NCBI RefSeq assembly: GCF_004010195.1
Contig: NC_057747.1
Location: forward strand, 17,496,036-17,560,035
Source of the DNA: Chiloscyllium plagiosum
Taxonomy: Eukaryota
Length of the DNA stretch: 64,000 nucleotides
Direction of reading: 5' to 3'
The translations under genes and the position numbers were made by a program. The notes under the pieces are model-generated. The model did no database searches. It was not told the DNA's origin and worked only from the letters and a program-made list of their open reading frames with translations. Positions within the stretch are counted from its first letter, which is position 1. Each line of letters opens with the position of its first letter. Of this stretch, positions 1 to 10,235 are shown piece by piece.

Positions 1-583
1 TTATCCCTGTATTCCGCATTCTTATTTGTCTTTCCAAAATGGACAACCTCACACTTGACAGGGTTGAACTCCATCGCCACTCCTCTGCCCAGCTCTGCAT
101 CATATCTAAGTCCCTTTGCAGCCGACAACAGCTCTCATCACTATCCACAACTCCACCAATCTTCGTATGATCTGCAAATTTACTGACCCACCCTTCGACT
201 CCCTCTTCCAAGTCATTAATAAAAATTACAAACAGCAGAGGACCCAGAACTGATCCCTGCAGAACTCCACTTGTAACTGGGCTCCAGGCTGAATATTTAC
301 CACGTACCACCACTCTCTGACTTCGACCGGTTAGCCAGTTCTCTATCCAACTGGCCAAATTTCCCACTGACTTTCCGCATAAGCCTACCATGGGGAACCT
401 TATCAAATGCTTTCCTAAAGTCCATGTACACTACATCCACTGCTCTACCCTCATCCACATGCTTGGTCACCTCCTCAAAGAATTCAATAAGACTTGTAAG
501 GCAAGACCTACCCTCACAAATCCGTGCTGGCTGTCCCTAATCAAGCAGTGTCTTTCCAGATACTTATAAATCCTATCCCTCAG
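1..583 (-). mobile_element. CR1/L2-group LINE reverse-transcriptase fragment, truncated by the window edge
   Basis: Minus strand reads RT-like motifs (..[17 protein letters not shown].., ..QGSVLGPL.., ..KFAD..) resembling the CR1 at 63291-63677. Confidence 0.75.
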
Positions 584-3299
584 TATTAATTAAAATCCAA
601 TTCTGAAGTTCTGAAGAAACGTGAACTCAATTTCTCTCTCCACAGATGCTACAAGTCCTGCAGAGTTTCTCCAGCAATTTGTTTTCCATGTGACCGTTCA
701 TTGATATTGCTAAGTTGATATATGAATATTGATCCGAATCCTTGAGGTCGTCCTCATAGGTGTGTCAGTCAGCCCCAGCTGCTTTCACCATTTTCCAGTG
801 TTTTCTGTGGGTGCTGGACGGCTGGTTTGTGGCACAGTGAGAGGTCAACAGCGTGGGTTCAATTCCTGAACTGTCTGAGGTTACCGTGAAGGACTCTCCT
901 TCTCAGTCTCAACTATCCCCAGTGTCTCTCTATAATGACAGAGTAACCCGGTGGTCTCGTACGATTATGGTGACCTTTACTGGTGCAACATGTAACCTAT
1001 TTCAGTTTGAAGATATTTCATTCTACATCTTCGGTGTTACCTTCTCCCCAAAATGCTGACACAAAGAATTAATGACGTCTCGCCATTGCTAAACCCTGGT
1101 GACTCTAATGTAAAGTATGGAACAGCAGCCAGAGGTGTGTCTCTGGGCCACTGTAGTGGACTCAGTTCACTGGAACCACCAATTAAAACGCTTCCTGTTA
1201 CCATCATCGAAGTTTCTGCCTATGGAATAAATAATAATCCCCATTTCCCTTATAATTCTAAATCAAACCTTGAGGGTAGTAAAATTCTCTGACCTCGGGA
1301 TTTCAAATGATCTACCACATTTAGGGTTCCAGCTACAATCCCGGATGTAGAGTCAAACTTAGCCTTCAAAACCAAACCAGCTCCACTGTTACCAATCTCT
1401 GCGGCGAACTAGAATAACAGGGCTTCAGGAAACAGCTCTCCCTACTGCAGTCAGGAACCGACAGTGAGTGGGACTGATGTGGACTAGAATGATCATCACA
1501 TTTGGAATGGGGAGGGGCGTGCAGGAGGGAAGACGGGTGCTCTTGTGGTGCAGTGGTAGTGCCCCTACCTCTGAGCCACGAGGCCTGAGTTCAAATCTTA
1601 CCTGTTGCACAGGTTTGCAACATGTGTGAGCAAGTCAAACTAAAACCAAACTGATTTTCCTATTTAATTCACAGAACAGTTGAGAATAGTTCATCTCTGG
1701 TGACTACCACTGACATGAATAAAACAACTTTACCGCAGTTCTGGGGGCGGGGGTATCTTGTGACGCACTGGTGGTGTCCCTACCACTGAGCTGAAGGGCC
1801 TGGGCTCGAATCCAGAGGTGTGTGGTAACATGTCTGAGTCAGTTGATGTAAAAATACTCCTGAAGGTTAGTCCGCGATGACAAACAGCAGTTTGATCACA
1901 TTGATGTGAGATCACTGTGCTGTCTGCCCATTGTTCAGAATATGCTCCAGCCCCAGTCCGATTACACAGTCTACACAAGCTGAACAAAACTGGTGGCTTA
2001 ACTAAGCTTTTTCTTAAAATCAGGAAACAATCTCAGGGAAGAGTTTCAGTGCAGCGTTGAGTATGTGCTTGCCAGTCACTGCCCCTTAAACCAACCCAAC
2101 CTTGATCTCAAACCCAAAAACAGAATTTGCTGAAAAAGCTCAGCAGGTCTGGCAATATCTGTGGAGAGAAATCAGAGTTAACGATTTGGGTCCAGTGACC
2201 CTTCCTCAGAATCTCAAAACAGTTCTAACCGCTCAGCGATGTTACCTGCTCCTGGACTGTCATGTCTCCCTCCACCATGTCAGTTTACGTCCAGGTTAGA
2301 GATCTTGAAATCTTGTGCCGTACGAGGGGGCAAGAAATGTGGCTTGCTTGAACTGAGCAATGAACTGTTGGGTTTGATTAAATTGGGGGCGATTGGCAAT
2401 AAAGCGTCTCAACCGCATTGGTCAATGACTTTAGTTCAAGATCCATTAAAACAGCGCATTTGTAGCACGGTGGGAGTGTCCCTATCTCTGAGTTCAAAGA
2501 TATGCAGGTTAGGTGGACTGGCCATGCTAAATTACCCCTATAGTGTTCAGGGATGTGCAGGCTAGGTGGATTAGTCATGGGAAATGCAGGGTTACAGGGC
2601 TAGGAGAAGAGAGTGGCTCTGGGTCGGATGCTCTTCAAAAGAGAGTCGGTGTCGACTCGAATGGCCACACTGGAGGGCTTCAATGAATCTGCTTCTGAAC
2701 CGGAAAAAAAACCGGGTTCAAATCCCACCAGCTCCAGGGCTGAGCAATGCCATCTCTCATTCCTGATGAAGGGCTTATGCCCGAAATCGTCGACTCTCCC
2801 GTTCCTCGGATGCTTCCTGACCTGCTGTGCTTTTCCAGCACCACACTTGTTGACCCATCTCTCAACAGGTTGAGTAGAAAATATTTGCAAGCGAAAACGA
2901 AGGGCAATGGTTGTGTCCCTACCTCTGAGACAGGAGAGCCCATTTGAGTCCCACTAACGGGAGGGGGAAGGGAAGGGTCTCCCACCCAAAAAGAAATGTA
3001 CAAAACGGGGGAAATGAAGAGTATGGAAAAACGTCTCCAAAAATCAGGCGCTCTCCAAATCTTCAATATTCTACTCACAAACATTTCATCTTCCCCACCG
3101 CCCCCACCCCATTCTAGTTCTGAAATCGTTTCTGTTTATCTTAGAGTCGTGGAAGTTTGTTCCCAGTCCTGACGAAGCACCGATAAGTCTGTCAGAGAAA
3201 TCCTAGGGATGGGTTTGGATTGACTGAGTGCGCTGTCGGAGATCCACCCCCACTCCCCTCCCTCCGCCTCCCGCTGTCGCCAGGAGAGTGCGGGCCGGG

Positions 3300-3500
3300 G
3301 AAAGCAGTCCGGGTACTGTAACTGGGGAAATTGAAGCATTAACATAAAGGGGCGTGTTCAGATGGAAGCAGACAAGGGGGGAGGGGGAGGGGGAGAGCGA
3401 GGGGCACGTCATGAGCTTTAGAAAACCCGAGGAGGAGCTGGAGAGGATGCCATTCACTCGGTGGGAGTGAGGAATAGTTCCCGAGCCCTGGACGTTACAG
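3300..3500 (+). promoter_or_regulatory. Candidate promoter / non-coding first (R-type) exon of the cholinergic locus
   Basis: GC-rich unique sequence with CATAAA (3343-3348), CRE-like GCACGTCA (3404-3411) and a donor-like CAG|GTGGGA at 3500/3501. An acceptor-like TTTTAG ends at 3857, just before the VAChT ATG. Inference by analogy with mammals. Confidence 0.35.
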
Positions 3501-3752
3501 GTGGGAGCAGGGATGACCTCTTCAGGTTCGCTACCCCCTCATCCAGCCGCTAGTCACTAGACTCTCTCACTGTGGGGTCCCTGCATTTTGTTTGTTTTAG
3601 CTGGACTGGCCGAAGGGGAGGGGGGGTAAGCAGGCAGGAGTTCAGACGGTTATCTCTACCTGAGCCACCCCCACCCACTTGCTCCCCTTTGTGAGATCCC
3701 CCCCCCCAAAAAAAAGACCGAGCCGGGAGCATGCTCCCCAACAGCCCGCTCT

Positions 3753-3812
3753 GGGGGTGGGCAAGGGGGGGGTGGGGTTGGGGGCGGGGGAGGGGGGGGG
3801 GGGGGGGGGGGG
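3753..3812 (+). other. G-run cluster (potential G-quadruplex) upstream of the VAChT start
   Basis: Several runs of 3 or more G with short loops, plus a G homopolymer of about 21 nt. Confidence 0.6.
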
Positions 3813-3866
3813 AGGTGAGCGGAGGGAGAGAGCCCGTGCTACGCCGCTCGGTTTTAGGGGGTAGTC

Positions 3867-5465
3867 ATGGCTGCAGAGATGACCATCGGACTGGCCAAAG
3901 CGGCCGTGGTGAAATTCTCCGAAATGATCGGCGAGAGAACGAAGCAGATAAGCAGAGCGATGCAAGAACCCCGGAGGCAGCGAAGGGTCATGCTGGTGAT
4001 AGTGTGCATTGCCCTGCTGTTGGACAACATGCTGTACATGGTCATTGTCCCGATCATACCGAACTACCTGGAAACTCTGCGAACTTACAAGCTGGTCTAT
4101 GTCAGTTCAGCTTCCAATGGAACCAATGGCTCATCTCTGAACTCCAGCCAGAGAGTTGTGCGGTACACCAACCCCAATGCAAACGAAGACATACAAATCG
4201 GGGTGTTCTTTGCTTCCAAAGCCATCCTGCAGCTCCTCGCCAACCCCTTGACTGGCACTTTCATTGACCGTGTGGGCTGTGACATCCCTCTGTTCATAGG
4301 GCTGATCATCATCTTCCTATCCACCCTCACCTTTGCCTTCGGCGAAAGTTACGCCATGTTATTCGTGGCCAGGAGCATGCAGGGCTTGGGCTCAGCCTTT
4401 GCAGACACCTCGGGCATCGCGATGATCGCGGACAGGTACACGGAGGAGTCCGAGAGGAGCACCGCCCTGGGCATCGCCCTGGCGTTCATCTCCTTCGGCA
4501 GCTTGGCGGCGCCCCCTTTCGGGGGGATCCTGTACGACTTCGCGGGCAAGCGGGTGCCCTTCCTGGTGCTGTCGTTCGTCTCTCTGCTGGACGGGATCTT
4601 GCTGCTGACCGTGGTGTCCCCCCTGGGCGGCAGAACCCGCGAGAACATGCCGCAGGGCAGCCCCATCTACAAGCTCATGATCGACCCATACATCGCGGTG
4701 GTGGCCGGCGCTCTGACCACCTGCAACATCCCCCTGGCCTTCCTGGAACCCACCATCTCCAACTGGATGAAGCAGACAATGAACGCGAGTGAGTGGCAAG
4801 TGGGGCTAACGTGGCTGCCCGCGTTTTTCCCGCACATCCTGGGGGTATACGTGACTGTCAGACTGGCTGCCAAGTATCCCAACTACCAATGGTTCTACGG
4901 AGCCATCGGCATGGTTATAATCGGTGCTAGCTCCTGTACAGTTCCAGCTTGCAGGAACTTTGAAGAACTCATTATCCCACTGTGTTCCCTGTGTTTTGGG
5001 ATCGCGCTAGTGGACACTGCCCTGTTGCCGACCCTTGCTTTCTTGGTAGATGTTCGCCATGTGTCGGTGTATGGCAGTGTCTATGCCATCGCTGACATCT
5101 CCTATTCGGTTGCTTATGCCCTGGGACCTATTGTGGCCGGCCAGATCGTTCACACGCTGGGCTTTGTTCAGCTCAACCTGGGCATGGGCTGTGTCAACGT
5201 CTTGTACGCCCCCGCCCTGTTGCTGCTCAGAAACGTGTGCCAAATGAAACCCTCGCTCTCCGAGACGAATGTCCTCCTGGAGGAGGGACCCAAAGGGCTC
5301 TACGACACCATCAAAATGGAAGAACGCAGCACCGGGAAGAAAAAGTACGGCAGCTCGGCCGGGAACTACTCCACGGCCGGGGGCCGAGATGTCACCGGGT
5401 TCGAGAGCTCCAGGAGGAACCAGGTTCAGTCTGAAGATGATTCATCGGGCAGTGATTACAGCTAA
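3867..5465 (+). CDS. SLC18A3: Vesicular acetylcholine transporter (VAChT), single coding exon, 532 aa
   Basis: SLC18/MFS motifs [47 protein letters not shown]; luminal N-glycosylation sequons NGT/NGS/NSS; C-terminal ETNVLL dileucine motif; intronless and directly upstream of CHAT. Confidence 0.98.
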   Translation: MAAEMTIGLAKAAVVKFSEMIGERTKQISRAMQEPRRQRRVMLVIVCIALLLDNMLYMVIVPIIPNYLETLRTYKLVYVSSASNGTNGSSLNSSQRVVRYTNPNANEDIQIGVFFASKAILQLLANPLTGTFIDRVGCDIPLFIGLIIIFLSTLTFAFGESYAMLFVARSMQGLGSAFADTSGIAMIADRYTEESERSTALGIALAFISFGSLAAPPFGGILYDFAGKRVPFLVLSFVSLLDGILLLTVVSPLGGRTRENMPQGSPIYKLMIDPYIAVVAGALTTCNIPLAFLEPTISNWMKQTMNASEWQVGLTWLPAFFPHILGVYVTVRLAAKYPNYQWFYGAIGMVIIGASSCTVPACRNFEELIIPLCSLCFGIALVDTALLPTLAFLVDVRHVSVYGSVYAIADISYSVAYALGPIVAGQIVHTLGFVQLNLGMGCVNVLYAPALLLLRNVCQMKPSLSETNVLLEEGPKGLYDTIKMEERSTGKKKYGSSAGNYSTAGGRDVTGFESSRRNQVQSEDDSSGSDYS

Positions 5466-6000
5466 CTCCGGCACTCTTCCACAGTCACATCTCCCAAGGA
5501 CAATAACATTAACGAGATGTAACATCCCATTGCCCGTCTGTGATGTACTCGGTGTCTAATATAAGCATTACCCATTGCTCGTGAATTAATTTTGTATAGT
5601 TTATGTAATCGCTTATTCCACTTGTTTTAAGCGGATGGAGAATGGGATAAAGTTGAAAAGATTATAATCTGCATTCTGTCAGAACCCAATATCCATTTAT
5701 CACCATTCTACTTAACTGATGTCCCAATGCCCCATTGCTCTATTGTATCGCTGTGTGCCAGTTTTAGTTTGTAATTTTTTTGTGAGGAGTAAATCGTTGT
5801 ATGTATTTAAACAAAATTCATGGATACATTCAGGGATCTGACGGGAAGTGAATAATTGTATATATTGTATGTTCCTTGAATTGTTCTCCCCAACCCTTTG
5901 AATCGAAGCAGAGGTGATTGTGTATTTTTCTCGGAGAATTAATCTCTGTATGGGACTATTCCGACCATTGTGTGCTGCTATATTATAAATACAATGTCAG

Positions 6001-6042
6001 ATTAAAGCCTGGATCAAGACACGGTGAATGAGTTTGAATAAA
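6001..6042 (+). terminator. Candidate VAChT polyadenylation signals (ATTAAA 6001-6006, AATAAA 6037-6042)
   Basis: Hexamers after an AT-rich 3'UTR-like stretch, about 550 nt past the stop. Confidence 0.4.
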
Positions 6043-8339
6043 TCGGTGTTCCAATCATATCACGGCTGGATACACGCACTGCACTTAGTGAAAAGTGTCA
6101 GGTTTGGCACGTCCCACTGTGTACTTCCTTAAAAAATAGCTGTATTTTCACTTTTCGAGCGCTCCATATTCCGATGTCAGGAAACCTTAACGGCACTTGA
6201 AATGTAATTGCTGGCAATTTAGTGAATGCACACATTGGAATAATGTGGTTAAAGTGTTGGCTTCATCTCCAACACAGAATAATTAAAACGTCCTCTGTGT
6301 CTTACTCGAATAAATTCGAGATCTGCTCGGAGCTCCCGTCCGAACAAATTCAAGTGAATACTATAATGTTCTCCACGATGAATCACTTGAAGACTGTAGA
6401 CCATTATTTGGTTCCAAAAGACAGGTTGTCTTAGCTTCACGTTTTAATAAGGTGGAGCACGCTTACTCCACGGCACTCAACGTGAAAATTGTTTTCGGTA
6501 CTAAATAAACCAATCGTCAGAATTATAAAACCAGAACATACCATTTGAAGGCGGTGGTTACAGATGAAACAGAGGCAGATGAGTGGGATGAAAATCCTTT
6601 TCTAAAAAGAACATTCAGCGTTTATGATTTAGGATGCACTCTGACAGAATGGTAGAAATTGATTCAATGGAAGTTGTAAAAAAAAATGGATTGTGTGTGT
6701 GTGTGGTTGGGTGGGTGGGCATGAATGCGGATAAAGAACCGAGCGGAGATGTTAACCGGAAAGGTCCTTCGAACAGCTGACACGCACCCGATGGGCCCAA
6801 TGGCCCGAAACATCGCACCATTCTGTAATTCAGTGAAAAGGAGGGTATCAGAGCGTATCCGAGAATTCTCTTTAGTTCACATATTAGCAATCATAGTTAT
6901 AAAAAATCAAAAGGCCGCTTAATCAGTGGGTAGACACTCTTACAAGTTGAAGTTTATAGTGTAGATTTAAGGTAAAGTAACATTGAAAACTACAAATGCT
7001 GGAGGTCACATCCATGGATGTTGTCAGACCTGCTGTGATCTCCAGCATTTGTTGTTTTCAGTACAGATTCCAGCATCAAAGGAATTTGCTCCCTTCAACA
7101 TTACAGTCTGCACGGGCTGCCGCATCTGTGAATATATTCGATGCCAGGAAGATAAAACAACGAGTTTCTGAAATATCTAAATCAAAACGGGGCCAACTCC
7201 GAGTGAGATGCATGAGGTGCAACCTGTTGCAACTTGAATAAAAATAGAGAAAATCCCCGTATGAGTAGGATATCGGAAGCCTCGACTTCCACGTGTGTCC
7301 AGACATTAAAATGACTAAATAGCAAACTAACTCTTGAAAAACGATCCGAAACCATTGTCAGCTTTGTCTCGAGTCGGCGCACGCTGCACAGAAAGCTTAG
7401 TTACTGTCTCGGCTGACATTGAGTATCACAATTCACCGAAAAATTAAACAGATACACAGACGGCATAGAAAAAAAAACTCATAGACAACTGACGCACATG
7501 ATAAATTCATCAGTAGAACTTGCCAAGAAATACAGTCCGATAATCTGGAGGTCATCTTTCACAAGTTTGGGAGTAAATAACATTTTTAATATATATTTGA
7601 AAAATCGATGAGCAGTTTTAATTCAAATTCATCTAATAAATTGCAATAAACGTGGTGCTTTTTTGTTGAAGAACATGATTAATGGGGAAAGAGGTAACTA
7701 ATGACTGACTTTAATTTGAAAGAAGGTTTCTATTTGTGTTTGAATATTTCAATAATGTAAGTCAATAGTTTATACATCGTACAATGATTGGTGGAGTTAG
7801 GCGCTAACTGTGCCCTCGGTTATGCCATCTCAGGGTGAAATCTAACAGAACCCTCGATTAAGACCTACAACAGCACATTAATAATCCTTCATCGCGAAAT
7901 TATTCATTACACACATTGCAATACTCATTCCGCATCCTCCCAGCCACAGACAGAAATCATCCCCGCTTTCGACCAGGTTTTGCGACCTATCTTTCACACA
8001 AACATGCAAATCGTCAAATTTGACTCTGGAATTTAATACCAAGAGTGAAATCTGGGTAGAACTGACAATATGCGTTTGTAAATATTAATATGTGTACATG
8101 GAAGAATATCTATTTGTATATGCAAAAGTGTGCAATAGAGAATGTGGGTATATGTAAATTGTGCTGGTAAGATTATTTGCAAATGCATACATAGGTATTT
8201 GTGTGTTTGCATGTGTAAATGTACATTGGATAGACCAAATGCTTGGAAATGTAAATGTGCACAGGTGAGAATGTTTGTTTGCGTATGTAAATATGCACAG
8301 GTTTGTATGTTGGTTTGTATATATGTATATATACAAATT

Positions 8340-8698
8340 GTATGTGTGTTTGTATATGTAAATGTGTACAGGCGTGTACGCGTGTTTGTATATGTAAATG
8401 TGTGCAAGTGTGTATGCGTGTTTGTATATGTACATGTGTTCAGGTGTGTACGCGTGTTTGTATATGTAAATGTGTGCAGGTGTGTAGTGTGTTTGTATAT
8501 GTAAATGTGTGCAGGTGTGTACGCGTGTTTGTATATGTAAATGTGTGCAGGTGTGTATGCGTGTTTGTATATGTAAATGTGTGCAGGTGTGTATGCGTGT
8601 TTGTATGTGTAAATGTGTTCAGGTGTGTACGCGTGTTTGTATATGTAAATGTGTGCAGGTGTGTATGCGTGTTTGTATATGTAAATGTGTTCAGGTGA
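8340..8698. repeat. 36-bp minisatellite, about 10 copies (gtgtttgtatatgtaaatgtgtgcaggtgtgtacgc), with degenerate copies back to about 8090
   Basis: Tandem units visible directly; explains the repetitive 12-aa-period ORFs on both strands. Confidence 0.92.
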
Positions 8699-9359
8699 GA
8701 ACATGTGTTTATACGCTTCCCATATCCATCCTGTACCAAACTTTCACGAGGAAATATTCCGGCCACTTTTTTCAAAATAGTCGATGGAAGGCAACAAGTA
8801 GGTTGCTCTACAAATTTTGCTCGGTATACCCATTAAAATCTTCACATTATTTTGGCCTATAGCACTCTAGCTCACTTTAAGAATGTTTGCATGTTTCTGA
8901 TCGTCAAAAATAAGATTAAAGTGACGAAAACTCACATGTCGGTCGAGTACAAATTACACTCCCTGTTTAAATAATTCCCAAGGTATTCGAGAAGGATGTG
9001 AGCTATACTCTAATGTTATTCTTCTCTGAATTCGGAGGACGCTTCAATGACACTGCACCTATTAAAAATCTGTTACTAGCGTTAGATTCTATCAAGATTA
9101 CCATCTGAATGTTCATTGCTGAAATGGTATGATATGTAAATACACACACCCTTATAGCTCAAATGTTACAAGGCATCGACACTTAGGGAGACGACTCCGA
9201 GGTATTACACCCTCACCGTCCCCCTACCCTGAAGTATGGCCCCACCAATGTCCAGTGACTGATTCTGGTGCTACGTATGAATCTGTCGCTTTTGAGGCTC
9301 GGCGAATCGGGAAAAGGGGAGGGTTCTGATCCATCAAGAAAAAGTCAAGCGGAGGTCTG

Positions 9360-9569
9360 CTCGCATCTCTCTCTCTCTCTCTCTCTGTGTCTCTCTCCGT
9401 TCGGGCTCCATCGCTCTGAGCGCGAAGAAGTCAGAATGGGTAGAAAATGCCAGCAGACTGAGAAAGTTTTCGATGCAGCTCAGACCTAGTTTGCCGCCAT
9501 GCGCTTGGCGAGAGGCGTTTGAGTGGAGTCAGCATTGCCTTCGTTTTCCATGAAACGGAGGGCAGTTCG
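9360..9569 (+). promoter_or_regulatory. Candidate CHAT-specific non-coding (M-type) 5' exon
   Basis: CpG-rich unique sequence after a (CT)n tract, ending in a strong donor TCG|GTAAGT (9570-9575), 539 nt upstream of the acceptor at 10108/10109. Confidence 0.45.
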
Positions 9570-10172
9570 GTAAGTAGCAAACCCCAGCTTGTGAACGGTG
9601 GGCACGGATTGATTCTTAGGAATGTTCTGAGTGCTCGCTTTCTGCCAGAACAGGTTGGATTAGATTCCCGGGCAGGTGGGGATTTCAGAAGTTGTCGGAT
9701 CTGAATTCTCCTGTGGGTGCTTTTTCAATGGCCTTATCTCAAGTAGGAAAACAAATACATTTTCGTAATTTATTTACACAGAATCGGAAAGGCTATTTGG
9801 AATATTAGGCGGGTTTAAGGTTGCTGGGATTGCTTTAATGATTTTTTTAAGAGGAAGTGTCGCCTTGCGCGTTATCTCTTCCATGCATTTTATTACCCTT
9901 TTCTTTTTCAATTTGATTTTCTAGAACCATTAATAAGTGACCCAGTATTCTGATTAGTTTTCGTGTGAGAGTAAATAAAATACAGAAAGGCAAGCAGAGA
10001 GATGGAGGAAAACATGTACTGGGTCTTCGTGTGTGTGTGTGTGGATCTTTATCCCTCATACATTGATACGGAGTTAAACGTACACCTAACTGTGTTTTTT
10101 CACACCAGGAGTTGGCTGATCCCCGAGCTCGGTGTCTCCCTCCTTTCGGTAGTCTGAGATCAAACTGGAACC

Positions 10173-10235
10173 ATGCCCATCCTCAAAAACTCCAGCCAGG
10201 ATGCGGTCCGACCCAAAACTCGCCGGAACAGCTAT
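10173..10235 (+). CDS. CHAT: CHAT coding exon 1 ([21 protein letters not shown]); exon begins at 10109
   Basis: ACC-ATG context, MPIL start as in rodent ChAT, acceptor cacaccag at 10108. The donor GTACTT is weak but phase 0 matches the next exon. Confidence 0.75.

Noticed and set aside
3731-5559. Alternative-frame and antisense ORFs overlapping VAChT
   Set aside because: Expected shadows of a GC-rich CDS; no recognisable motifs.
8033-8862. Long repetitive ORFs (up to 223 aa) on both strands
   Set aside because: By-products of a stop-free 36-bp minisatellite; no gene context.
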